64,000 nt of DNA from Kofleriaceae bacterium (lineage in GTDB: Bacteria; Myxococcota_A; Polyangia; Haliangiales; Haliangiaceae), in assembly GCA_050184455.1 (NCBI GenBank), contig JBFXAI010000019.1, positions 19,432 through 83,431 of the forward strand, read 5' to 3'. Below the pieces are notes generated by a model. That model saw nothing but the letters and a program-made list of their open reading frames with translations, was not told the DNA's origin and searched no databases. Positions within the stretch are counted from its first letter, which is position 1. Each line of letters starts with the position of its first letter. This document shows positions 41,062 to 50,051 of this stretch, piece after piece. The translations under genes and the position numbers were made by a program.

Positions 41062-44000
41062 GGCGTCCGATAGTCTTCGAGGATCAAGTACAGCGGCACC
41101 AGGCCGTGGCCGCCGAGTTGCTTGACCATGCGCAGCGAGTCGGCGATTCGATCGATTCGATCGCGGTGTTGCTCGATGTAGCCGCTGTTGGTGGCCAGCT
41201 TGGTCACGCCGAGCTGCCGGATCGCCGCCGCCTCGCGCTCGAGCGAGCTATGGAACCGGCGCTCCCACATGTTGGCGGGCACCTGCACGCCGAGCATCTG
41301 GTCGAGGACGTCGACATGAAGCTCGCGACCGACGCGCTCGAACAGCGGCGCGGTCTTGGCGAGCGATAGCTTGGCCTCGCGCGACGCGGCCATCACCGCG
41401 AACGCATCGCGTGCCAGCGCGACCCGCGCGAGCCCGGTGGCGAGCTCGGGCGTAAACCCGTGAAGCACGAGGTCTTGGGCGCGCGCCTCGAACGCCACCT
41501 TCGCGTGACCGTCGAGCGAGCTCTCGATCGCGGCGCTCGCCTCGTCGAATTGCTTGCGGATCTTGGTGATGTCGTCGGGATCGAGCTTCCACGCGGCGTC
41601 GTTCCACAGCCACCAGCGCAACAGCCGGCGGTGCACGTCCTCGATCGCGAGCAGCGCCGAGTACTGATCATTGGACGACACGACGTTGTCCTGCGCGTGG
41701 ATCGCTTTGCGCAGCTCGCGACCGCGCAGCAGCTCGTCGCACATGAAGTAGCGAATGACCAACTCTTCGACCGGCAGCGCGGTCTCTTTGGACAGCTCGA
41801 CCAGCAGCGTGCAGCCGGCCTGATTGATGATCGCGTTGGTCGCGACCGTCGCGATGATCTCGCGGCGGAGGTGATGTTTCGCGATCTGGTCCTTGTACTT
41901 CTCGGCGATCTTCGGCGGGAAGTATGACACCAGCATCGGATCGAACAGCGGGAGGTCCGGAATCCGCGACGCCAACACGCGCTCGTAGAGGTCGTTCTTG
42001 GTGTGCGCGACCAGCACCGCGAGCAGGTTGCGGGGGATGCCCTTACCGGTGACCAGCCAAGATCGGAGCTCGTCGTCCGGCGGGATGTGCTCCGCGGTGC
42101 GACTGAGCCCGTGCTTATCAAGGTACGACAACAGATCGAGGAACGCCTCGCCGTGCTTGCGGGTGCGCAGCGTCTCCATCGACAGCAGCGCCGACTGGAG
42201 ATAGTTATCGAGCACGCAGGCGGCGCCGACGTCGGGCTCGAGCTCGCGCAACAGCGTGTCGCGCGACGCGCGAGGCAGCTTGCCGGACGCCATCATCGGC
42301 GCGAGCAGGATCTTGAGGTTGACCTCGTGATCGCTGCAGTCGACACCGGCGGAGTTGTCGATCGCGTCGGTGTTGCACCGGCCACCATGCTGGCTGTACT
42401 CGGTGCGCGCGCGCTGCGTGATCGCGAGGTTGGCACCTTCGCCGATCACCTTGGCACGCAGGTCGCCGGCGTTGATCCGGACGCTATCGTTGACCTTGTC
42501 ACCGACCTCGCCGTGGCTCTCGGTGGTCGCCTTGACGTAGGTACCGATGCCACCGAACCACATGAGATCGACGTCGAGCGCGAGGATCGCGCGCACGAGA
42601 TCGGGACCGCTCACCACCTTGGCCTTGAGCCCGAGCAGCGCCTTGGCCTCCGCCGGCAGCTTGATCTCCTTGGCCGCGCGCTCGAATACGCCGCCGCCCT
42701 TGGAGATCAGCTCGCGATTATAGTCGGTCCACTGGGTGCCCGGCGTCGTGAATAGTCGCTTGCGCTCGGCGTACGAGGTTGCGGCGTCGGGCGTCGGGTC
42801 GATGAACACGTGCTTGTGGTTGAACGCGGCGACCACCAGCATCTTGTCGTTCAACAGCATGCCGTTGCCGAACACGTCGCCGCTCATGTCGCCGACACCG
42901 GCGACGCGAATTGGTGTGGTGCGGATGTCGATCCCCATCTCGCGGAAGTGGCGCTCGACGTTGGTCCAGCCGCCGCGCGACGTGATGCCCATGACCTTGT
43001 GGTCGTAGCCAGCCGAGCCGCCCGATGCGAACGCATCGTCGAGCCAGAACTTGTAGGTCTGCGAGATCGCGTTCGCGGTGTCCGACAGGTGCGCGGTGCC
43101 CTTGTCGGCGGCGACCACGAGGTACGGGTCGTCGTCGTCGTAGCGCAGCACGCCCGGCGGCGGAACGATCTTGGTGCCTTCATAATTGTCGGTGACATCG
43201 AGCAGACCGGCGATGAACACCTCGTACTGAGCGCGCGCTTCCTCGCGCGTCGCGCCGATCTTCTTGGTGACGAAGCCACCCTTCGCGCCGAACGGCACGA
43301 TCACGGTGTTCTTGAGCGTTTGCGTGCGCTGCAGTCCCAGCACCTCGGTGCGGAAATCGTCGGCACGATCGCTGTGGCGGATGCCGCCGCGCGCGACCTT
43401 GCCGCCGCGCAGGTGAATGCCCTCGACGCCCGGCGCATGGACGTAGATCTCGAACATCGGGCACGGCTTGGGCATGTGCTCGACCAGCGCGCTCTCGAGC
43501 TTGATCGACACCGCGTCGCCGCGGCCCGGACGGTAGTAGTTGGTACGCCGGGTCGCCTCGAACAGATCGATGAAGTAGCGGAGGATCAAGTCTTCCTGGA
43601 TCGCGGTGACCGATTCGAGCAGCTCGTCGTAGCGCGCCGCGAGCGGCGGCAACAGCTTCTCGGAGCGCTCGGCCGGCGATTCCTTGCGCGCCGTCGAGAA
43701 CTTGGTCTCGAAGTACTCGACGAGCAGCGAGGCGCACTTGGGATGAGCGAGCAGCGCATCGTTAACGCTGTGGGTGCCGAAGCCCTGGAACACCTGCACG
43801 AAGTAATTGCGATAAGTGATCAGCAGGTCGATCTGGCGCCAGTCGAGCCCGGCGAGATAGCCGAGCCCCAACATCCGATCGTCGAGCAGCTGCCCGGCGA
43901 GCACGCGCTGGATGATCGCGCCGAGCCGCTCGAGCGTGGCTTCGTCTTCGATCTTGCCGCCGTCGGCGCCGCTGACCTCGAAGCAGGTGATGTGGACGTC

Positions 44001-45884
44001 CTTGCCGGGGCCGGGCTCGAGTCGCTCGGCGAGTCGGCTGGTCGTGCGCAGCGCCATGCGATGCAGCGACGGCACGACGTCGTTGAGCAGCAGCTCCTTG
44101 CGCGACACGATGCGCAGCGAGGTGTGGCGATCGGTACCCTCGCCGAGCACGACGAGCGCCGCGCGCAGCCCCTCGGTGTCGTCGAGCTTCTCGATCAGAT
44201 CGATGTCGAGCAGCGCGATGCCCGGCGGCTGGGTCCCCTTGTACGACTCGGGAAACCGCATCCCGTAGCGCGACCAGATCTCGTTGGCCGACGCGGTGGT
44301 CGCGAGGTACTGCTTGGAGCGCGCGTTGTGAGCGGCCTCCGCGCGCCCGCGATAGCGCTTGAAGATCAAGCTGCGGAGCTGATCCTCCCAGCTCTGCAAC
44401 AGATGCTCGAGCTCGTCGGACAACGTGTCGAGGTCGGGATCGGTGACGTTGGGCCGGTACTTGCCGACGGTGAAGTGGAGCCGGATCGGCGATTCGTCGT
44501 CGGTCTCTTGGCGGTACTCGCGAAGATGCGGCACCGCGAGGAACTTGCGGATCTCCTGCGACAGCTCTTCGCGTAGCGCCTCGGAGAACCGCATCCGGGG
44601 CACCACGCACACGATCGTCAGCCGGCGCCCGCCCGGCCGCCGCCACACGAACACGCGCGCTTGATCGCGCGACTCGGCGAGCCGGAACGTCTCGACGACG
44701 TCGCGGATCTCGTCGATGCTCCAGTAGAACAAGTCCTCGACCGGGATCGAGTCGAGGATCGCGACGCTCTTGGTATACGCATAGCTGCCGCGCTGCTCGT
44801 CGAGCTTGGCGATCACCTGCTTGATCCGCGGACCGACCACCGGGATCCGGCGGTTTGCTTGCTTGAGCGCCTTGGTCGACAGCAGACCGATGAACACGTG
44901 CTCGCCGACGACCTTGCGATCGGGGCCGAGCTGCGCGACGCCGAAGTAGCGGACCTGGGTCACCGAACGGACGACGGTCATGTAATCGGTGCGGTAGAAC
45001 GAGTAAATCTCGTCGCGGGATCGGCGAGTCGACACGATCTCGCCGATCACCTCCTCGAGGTGTTTGCGCTCCGGCGCCGCGAACAAGCCCATGCCGTGCT
45101 CGACGGTGCGATGACCATTGCCACCGCGCGGGAACCACGCGTAGCCCGACAGGATGAAGTTATCGTCCTTGAGCCAATCGATCAGGTTGACCGCCTCGTT
45201 GGCTTCAGCCTCGCGCGGATCGGCGTAGGGCACCGGCGTTTCGAGCCGGATCACCGGCAGGCCCTGCGACTCGCGCGGGCTCTTCGCGATCGGATCGCGG
45301 CCGGCGAGGGTGCACGCATAGTTGCGGACCTCGTCGAGCTTGGCCATCATCGGCTCGCGATCGCGGTTGACGAGCAGCGTCAGTTGCAGCCGCTGCTCGA
45401 GATCGAACCGGAGCGCTTCGCGGCGCTCGACCGGAATCGGCGACACCAGCAGGTAGACCTGCGAATAGCGCGCGCCTCGCGACAGGTCGATGCCGGTGAT
45501 CCGTCCGTGATCGGAGATCACGCCGAGCATTGGATGCAGCACGAATTGCAGCTGCAGCCCCATCTGGCGCAGGAACGACTTGATCGTGCGGATGATGAAC
45601 GCGCAGTCGGGTAGCCGCGTCTCGATCACCGTGGATGGTGACTCCTCGACGAGCAGCGTGTTCTCGGCGTCGCGGATCGATACCTTGACCGTCCGTTCGA
45701 AGTCCTCCTCGAGGAACGCGAACCGGTCCATGATGAACCCGAGCAAGTGGTGCGGCTCGACCTCTACCTCGGGCGGAATCGCGCGGCAGTAGGCACGGAT
45801 GTAGGCCTCGAGACGATCGCGGTGGCTCTCCTTGACCGCCTGATGAGCCAACGAGAGCACCTGCGTGACGACCTCAGCTTGCAT
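41055..45884 (-). CDS. gdh: large NAD-specific glutamate dehydrogenase (Bac_GDH, about 1600 aa class)
   Basis: 1609 aa. Central catalytic region IHLRGGKVARGGIRHSDRADDFRTEVLGLQRTQTLKNTVIVPFGAKGGF and GVGDMSGDVFGNGML are typical of the 180-kDa NAD-GDH family. Confidence 0.92.
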   Translation of the reverse strand: MQAEVVTQVLSLAHQAVKESHRDRLEAYIRAYCRAIPPEVEVEPHHLLGFIMDRFAFLEEDFERTVKVSIRDAENTLLVEESPSTVIETRLPDCAFIIRTIKSFLRQMGLQLQFVLHPMLGVISDHGRITGIDLSRGARYSQVYLLVSPIPVERREALRFDLEQRLQLTLLVNRDREPMMAKLDEVRNYACTLAGRDPIAKSPRESQGLPVIRLETPVPYADPREAEANEAVNLIDWLKDDNFILSGYAWFPRGGNGHRTVEHGMGLFAAPERKHLEEVIGEIVSTRRSRDEIYSFYRTDYMTVVRSVTQVRYFGVAQLGPDRKVVGEHVFIGLLSTKALKQANRRIPVVGPRIKQVIAKLDEQRGSYAYTKSVAILDSIPVEDLFYWSIDEIRDVVETFRLAESRDQARVFVWRRPGGRRLTIVCVVPRMRFSEALREELSQEIRKFLAVPHLREYRQETDDESPIRLHFTVGKYRPNVTDPDLDTLSDELEHLLQSWEDQLRSLIFKRYRGRAEAAHNARSKQYLATTASANEIWSRYGMRFPESYKGTQPPGIALLDIDLIEKLDDTEGLRAALVVLGEGTDRHTSLRIVSRKELLLNDVVPSLHRMALRTTSRLAERLEPGPGKDVHITCFEVSGADGGKIEDEATLERLGAIIQRVLAGQLLDDRMLGLGYLAGLDWRQIDLLITYRNYFVQVFQGFGTHSVNDALLAHPKCASLLVEYFETKFSTARKESPAERSEKLLPPLAARYDELLESVTAIQEDLILRYFIDLFEATRRTNYYRPGRGDAVSIKLESALVEHMPKPCPMFEIYVHAPGVEGIHLRGGKVARGGIRHSDRADDFRTEVLGLQRTQTLKNTVIVPFGAKGGFVTKKIGATREEARAQYEVFIAGLLDVTDNYEGTKIVPPPGVLRYDDDDPYLVVAADKGTAHLSDTANAISQTYKFWLDDAFASGGSAGYDHKVMGITSRGGWTNVERHFREMGIDIRTTPIRVAGVGDMSGDVFGNGMLLNDKMLVVAAFNHKHVFIDPTPDAATSYAERKRLFTTPGTQWTDYNRELISKGGGVFERAAKEIKLPAEAKALLGLKAKVVSGPDLVRAILALDVDLMWFGGIGTYVKATTESHGEVGDKVNDSVRINAGDLRAKVIGEGANLAITQRARTEYSQHGGRCNTDAIDNSAGVDCSDHEVNLKILLAPMMASGKLPRASRDTLLRELEPDVGAACVLDNYLQSALLSMETLRTRKHGEAFLDLLSYLDKHGLSRTAEHIPPDDELRSWLVTGKGIPRNLLAVLVAHTKNDLYERVLASRIPDLPLFDPMLVSYFPPKIAEKYKDQIAKHHLRREIIATVATNAIINQAGCTLLVELSKETALPVEELVIRYFMCDELLRGRELRKAIHAQDNVVSSNDQYSALLAIEDVHRRLLRWWLWNDAAWKLDPDDITKIRKQFDEASAAIESSLDGHAKVAFEARAQDLVLHGFTPELATGLARVALARDAFAVMAASREAKLSLAKTAPLFERVGRELHVDVLDQMLGVQVPANMWERRFHSSLEREAAAIRQLGVTKLATNSGYIEQHRDRIDRIADSLRMVKQLGGHGLVPLYLILEDYRTPW

Positions 45885-46114
45885 AGGGGAGTGTTCTCCA
45901 GCGCCCGCAACGAAGAGCGCGGGCGCACGTTAACAGAGTCGCGGGGCGGAGTTGGGTCGCCCACGGGGGAACGTCGGTACCAGAGTTGTAAGGCGGAGTT
46001 GCGATGCCGAGCGGTCAACCTGTGCCGCGCTGCGTTATACGCGCCGTGGAATTCGCCGAGCAGGGCTCAGCCGGCCTCGCGGCACGTTATAACCAGCGCG
46101 TGCGGTTCGCCTTC

Positions 46115-46591
46115 ATGATGCGGTTCGCGGTCGTGATCGTTGCGGTTGCGGTTGCGGTTGCGGCGTGTGGCTCGGCCGGGCCATCTGCGCGCGCGCCGGC
46201 CGGCCACCGCGTCGCAGCGGGGACGTCGGTCGCGACCAGTGGCACGCCACAACCCGGTCCGACCGGTCCACTGCGTGACATCGGTTGCCTGACGCCGACC
46301 TGCGCATTTCATCCTGGAACCGGCACGTACTTCACCTGCACGAGCAGTGGCGCCGGCACATGCTTTCATTTCGGTCCGGCGTGTAACCCGAGCGATGGCT
46401 GCATGTATGACCCAGCAGCGCGGACGTACAAGCTTTGCACCGCGAACAGCGAGGGCAAATGCCAGGCATGGGGCGCGGCGTGCGCGCCCGCCAGCAAGTG
46501 CATGTTCGACGCGCGGGATGGCCTGCACCGGCAATGCGAAGCGATCGCGGGTGGCGGATGCTCGCGTTACGGCGCGTTGTGCGCCCCGTGA
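46115..46591 (+). CDS. Cys-rich lipoprotein with three tandem 4-Cys modules
   Basis: ATG 46115 (GTG 46100 possible). Lipobox VAVAAC. Three 33-aa modules with C-x11-C-x7-C-x6-C spacing. Confidence 0.65.
   Translation: MMRFAVVIVAVAVAVAACGSAGPSARAPAGHRVAAGTSVATSGTPQPGPTGPLRDIGCLTPTCAFHPGTGTYFTCTSSGAGTCFHFGPACNPSDGCMYDPAARTYKLCTANSEGKCQAWGAACAPASKCMFDARDGLHRQCEAIAGGGCSRYGALCAP
46139..46162 (+). repeat. (GTTGCG)x4 hexanucleotide repeat inside the signal-peptide coding region
   Basis: gttgcggttgcggttgcggttgcg read directly. In frame, encodes VAVAVAVA. Confidence 0.95.
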
Positions 46592-46598
46592 TGCGACG

Positions 46599-47447
46599 CT
46601 AGCGCGGCGTGAACCGCGTCGTGGTGATAAGTGCGATCGGTTCGCCGCCGGTCGAGTGCAGCTCGAACGTTTGCGAGCCGGTTCGCACCATGCGCGATAG
46701 ATCCGCGACGCCTGCGCCGATGCCGGCGCCGGTCAGCTGAAATCCAGCCAGCTCAGACGGCAGCTTCGATGGGCCGGGGCCAGGCTCGGCCTTCGAGGCG
46801 AGCACGAACCCGAGCTTGTTGCCGTCGAGGCTGGTCACGATCACGGTTGTGGTGGCGATCAGCCCGAGCTCGGCAGGTCCGATCGGACCGCTGTAGCGCC
46901 ACAGCGCGCCGACGCTGATCGGCTCGTGAGGCAGGCGCAGCGTGAGCTCCTGGAAGCTCTTCGTGGAGTCGCCGATCTGCTTGGCCAGGGCAGGCGGCAA
47001 TCCCTTACCGGTTGCGTCGACGTGGAGATCGGGCAAGCGGCCGTCACGCGCGAGGGTGCCTACGTACGAGATGCCTTCGAGCTGTGCCATCGCGCGATCA
47101 AAGGCGTCGCGGCTCGTGGTCATGCCGTCGCGATCGCGGGAGCTGACACGGACGATCGTGGTGCGGATCCGCGCGCCCTCCGGTTGAACATCTTCGGCGG
47201 CGATCTGCAGCTCGGTCACGGACGTCGGGAGTCGGCCACCCATGCCCGGCGCGGTCAGGTCGTAGTCGAGCTCGATTTGGATCGTCGACGACGTGGACTT
47301 GGTCAGTTGATATTGCAGGACCGAGCGCGGTCCAAACCCGTCGAGCAATAGCTCGATGCCGTCGTCGTCGCTGCGATCGACCGGTTGCGGAGGCCTCTCG
47401 TTGCTACAGCCTACGATCACCAAGATCGCAGCTGAGACCATTCTCAT
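46599..47447 (-). CDS. lipoprotein, unknown function
   Basis: ATG 47447 (ORF 46599..47588 trimmed). MRMVSAAILVIVGCSNE lipobox. No recognised motif. Confidence 0.55.
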   Translation of the reverse strand: MRMVSAAILVIVGCSNERPPQPVDRSDDDGIELLLDGFGPRSVLQYQLTKSTSSTIQIELDYDLTAPGMGGRLPTSVTELQIAAEDVQPEGARIRTTIVRVSSRDRDGMTTSRDAFDRAMAQLEGISYVGTLARDGRLPDLHVDATGKGLPPALAKQIGDSTKSFQELTLRLPHEPISVGALWRYSGPIGPAELGLIATTTVIVTSLDGNKLGFVLASKAEPGPGPSKLPSELAGFQLTGAGIGAGVADLSRMVRTGSQTFELHSTGGEPIALITTTRFTPR

Positions 47448-47531
47448 GATCACCAGGATGCGAGGGATCCGGCTCGGGAGCAAACAATATCTCTTGTGCT
47501 TTCTGTTGGTTACTGGCTTCGAACGTCGTTC

Positions 47532-47562
47532 TTGACGTTTTTGGAATTGAAAAGCATTATCA
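47532..47562 (+). promoter_or_regulatory. sigma-70-like promoter overlapped by a Fur box, upstream of bfd
   Basis: -35 TTGACG (47532-47537), 17-nt spacer, -10 CATTAT (47555-47560). TGAAAAG-c-ATTATCA (47548-47562) matches 12/14 positions of the 7-1-7 Fur box TGATAAT-n-ATTATCA. AT-rich island in GC-rich DNA. Confidence 0.6.
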
Positions 47563-47567
47563 AAGAC

Positions 47568-47786
47568 GTGCTGATATGCCTCTGCCACCCGACGTCGGAC
47601 CGCGATGTCGATGCGGCGATCGATGAGGGCGCCCGAACCGTTCAGGACATCGCGCGGCGATGTGGGGCGGGTTCGGGATGCGGCGCGTGCATCGAGGAGC
47701 TGCGAGATCGCCTGAACGCCAAGGGCGCGAACAACTGCAGCCGCGATTGTGCCAGCGACCTCGTCTCGGTAAGGTCTCGGACGTAA
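47568..47786 (+). CDS. bfd: bacterioferritin-associated ferredoxin (BFD-like [2Fe-2S] protein)
   Basis: (V)LICLCHPTSDRDVDAAIDEG..VQDIARRCGAGSGCGACIEEL shows the CxC...CxxC BFD pattern directly upstream of bfr. Start uncertain (GTG 47568, or TTG 47541). Confidence 0.8.
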   Translation: MLICLCHPTSDRDVDAAIDEGARTVQDIARRCGAGSGCGACIEELRDRLNAKGANNCSRDCASDLVSVRSRT

Positions 47787-47810
47787 GTCGCGTCACGCTT
47801 GGTGACGCGG
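47787..47810 (+). other. intercistronic stem-loop between bfd and bfr
   Basis: CGCGTCAC (47789-47796) / GTGACGCG (47802-47809) perfect 8-bp stem with loop GCTTG. Starts right after the bfd TAA. The bfr SD GAGG follows. Confidence 0.5.
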
Positions 47811-47830
47811 CCCCGACCTAACGAGGCGAT

Positions 47831-48304
47831 ATGAAGGGCAACCAAGAGGTACTCGATTTGCTCAACGGTCTGCTCACCAACGAGCTGACCGCCATCAACC
47901 AGTATTTCATCCACGCGAAGATGTGTGAGAACTGGGGCTACGAGTACCTGGCCTCGAAGATTCGCGCCGAGTCGATCGACGAGATGAAGCACGCGGATCA
48001 GGTGATCAGCCGGATCCTGTTCCTCGAAGGTGTCCCGAACCTCCAGCGCTACCACAAGCTCCGGGTCGGCGAGACCGTCAAGGAGCAGTTCGAGTCCGAC
48101 CTCGCGGTCGAGTACAACGCGATCAACTTCCTCAATCAGGGGATCGAGGCGGCGCGCAAGAACGGCGACAACGCCACCGAGGATCTGATGACGAGGATCT
48201 TGGTCGGCGAGGAAGAGCACACCGACTGGCTCGAGACCCAGCTAGAGCTGATCCGGCAGGTCGGCGAGCAGAACTACCTGGCGCAGCAGATGCGGAAGAG
48301 CTGA
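47831..48304 (+). CDS. bfr: bacterioferritin
   Basis: [37 protein letters not shown]...IDEMKHAD is canonical Bfr, including the heme-ligand Met context. 157 aa. Confidence 0.95.
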   Translation: MKGNQEVLDLLNGLLTNELTAINQYFIHAKMCENWGYEYLASKIRAESIDEMKHADQVISRILFLEGVPNLQRYHKLRVGETVKEQFESDLAVEYNAINFLNQGIEAARKNGDNATEDLMTRILVGEEEHTDWLETQLELIRQVGEQNYLAQQMRKS

Positions 48305-48322
48305 AACGTCACCTCTCCATGC

Positions 48323-48352
48323 CGACGACGACGTCGTCGTCGTCGAGCTCGA
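48323..48352. terminator. perfect palindromes between convergent bfr and kinase genes (bidirectional terminator candidate)
   Basis: CGACGACGACGTCGTCGTCG (48323-48342) is a perfect 20-nt palindrome, immediately followed by the palindrome TCGAGCTCGA (48343-48352). No U-tract. Confidence 0.4.
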
Positions 48353-48367
48353 TGTCGATGTGGTCGG

Positions 48368-50023
48368 TTAGCGCTCTGAGCTCAGCAATCCCTGCTTATG
48401 ACACGCGGTGAGGACGCGGCGTCGGAGCTTGGGCGTTCCGCGCAGGCTTCGTAGATAGGCGAGGGCCTTCTCTTCGTCGTTGGCGGCACAACGAGCGATC
48501 GCGGCGATCGTGCGTGCGAGCGCGAGCTGGCGAGGCTTGGCGTCGGCGGAGCCGAGCGCGGCGAGTGCGATCGCCTCGGCTTTGCGCGGATCGACGCCGA
48601 GCAGGGTGTCGGCCTCGCGGAGCTGGGCGCCGATCTTGGGATCGTCATCGCCGGCGGGCTCGGGATCGTGAGATGGCGCTGGTGGAGGCGCAGGCTTCGG
48701 CGGAGTGCGCGTTGGTTCTGGCTTCGCGGTCCGCGAAGGCGGAGATGGCGACGGCGGCGCGGGCGTCTCCACCGCCGCGTCCGCGGCTGGCGCGACGGCG
48801 ATCGCGGGTGGCGCATCGATGGGGACGGCGGGCGCAGCGATCGGGGCCGAGGGTGGAGTCGGCTTGTCGTCGTCGCGGATCACCACCAGGACGATCGCGG
48901 CGGTCGCGACGACCACGCCGATCGCGAGCGCGATGAGCGGCAACGTCGAGCGTGCCGGCGGCGGGGCGGGTGAACGCTGTGGAGCGGGCTCGGCGGCACG
49001 CGACCCCGTTGGCTGCATGGGCGTTGGCGGCGACTCCGCAGGCGCCGGCTTGGCACCTGGACTCGACGCCTGCGTGTCGGCGTGTGCATCGGCGTGGTTC
49101 GACCCTTGGCCGAAGCCTCCGGGTGGCGCGGTGATCCGGATCGGTCGCTGCGGCACGACGAGCTTTTGTCCGGTCAGCGCTTCGATCAGCTCGTCGACCG
49201 ACGCGAATCGATCGTCGGGAGCCTTCGCCATCGCGCGCCGGATCGTCATCGCGAGCTGGAGCGAGATCGTGTCGGGCAGCGGTGCTGGCTGCTCGTAAAC
49301 GACCTTGAACACTACCTCCGGGATCGACTCACCGGTGAACGCCGGCCGCCCGGTCAACATCTCGTAGGCGATCGCGCCGAGCGCGAACACATCGCTCCGC
49401 GCGTCGACGATGTCGTGCTGTCCGAGCGCTTGCTCGGGCGCCATGTATTGCGGCGTTCCGAGCAGCGCCGAGTCCTGAGTCTTGACGGTTTGCGAGCCGC
49501 GGATCTTCGAGACGCCGAAGTCGAGCACCTTGGCGACCTCGGTGATCTGCTCGTTGCTCTCGACCTCGGCGAGGAAGATGTTCTGGGGCTTGAGATCGCG
49601 ATGCACGACGCCTTCGCGGTGCGCGGCGGCGAGCGCCGATCCGACCTGGCGCAGGATCGCGAGCGCGGCATCGGGCGCGAGCGGTCCGCTTTGCAACCGA
49701 TGCGCGAGCGTGTCGCCCCGCAGGTACTCGAGGACGAGATACGGCGTGCCGTCGGGCGTCTCGTTGAAGTCGTGGACCGCGACGATGTTGGGATGACCGA
49801 GCTTCGACGCGATCTCTGCTTCGCGGCGAAATCGCGCCACGACCTCGCGATCATGGAGCTGCGAGTGAAGCAGCTTGATCGCGACACGCTTGCCGGGCAG
49901 CCGGTTGTGGCTTGCGACAAACACCGAGCCCATGCCACCTTGGCCGATCACCGCCTCGATCGTGTACGTGTCGCCGATCACCGACCCGACATCGATCGCG
50001 GCTCGAGGCGAAGCGCTCGTCAT
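48368..50023 (-). CDS. Ser/Thr protein kinase with Pro-rich linker, TM helix and C-terminal TPR-like domain
   Basis: ATG 50023. GQGGMGSVF, VAIKLL, HRDLKPQNIF, DFGVSK and PQYMAPE Hanks motifs. TM LPLIALAIGVVVATAAIVLVVI. Confidence 0.9.
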   Translation of the reverse strand: MTSASPRAAIDVGSVIGDTYTIEAVIGQGGMGSVFVASHNRLPGKRVAIKLLHSQLHDREVVARFRREAEIASKLGHPNIVAVHDFNETPDGTPYLVLEYLRGDTLAHRLQSGPLAPDAALAILRQVGSALAAAHREGVVHRDLKPQNIFLAEVESNEQITEVAKVLDFGVSKIRGSQTVKTQDSALLGTPQYMAPEQALGQHDIVDARSDVFALGAIAYEMLTGRPAFTGESIPEVVFKVVYEQPAPLPDTISLQLAMTIRRAMAKAPDDRFASVDELIEALTGQKLVVPQRPIRITAPPGGFGQGSNHADAHADTQASSPGAKPAPAESPPTPMQPTGSRAAEPAPQRSPAPPPARSTLPLIALAIGVVVATAAIVLVVIRDDDKPTPPSAPIAAPAVPIDAPPAIAVAPAADAAVETPAPPSPSPPSRTAKPEPTRTPPKPAPPPAPSHDPEPAGDDDPKIGAQLREADTLLGVDPRKAEAIALAALGSADAKPRQLALARTIAAIARCAANDEEKALAYLRSLRGTPKLRRRVLTACHKQGLLSSER

Positions 50024-50051
50024 CCGCGCACCAGCGTATAATGAGTGCACC

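Noticed and set aside
42810-44576. 588-aa plus-strand ORF inside gdh, and the same-strand out-of-frame 458-aa ORF at 43762..45138
   Set aside because: Both lie wholly within the 1609-aa NAD-GDH gene, whose frame carries the conserved catalytic motifs. The alternative frames give low-complexity R/A/D/G sequence.
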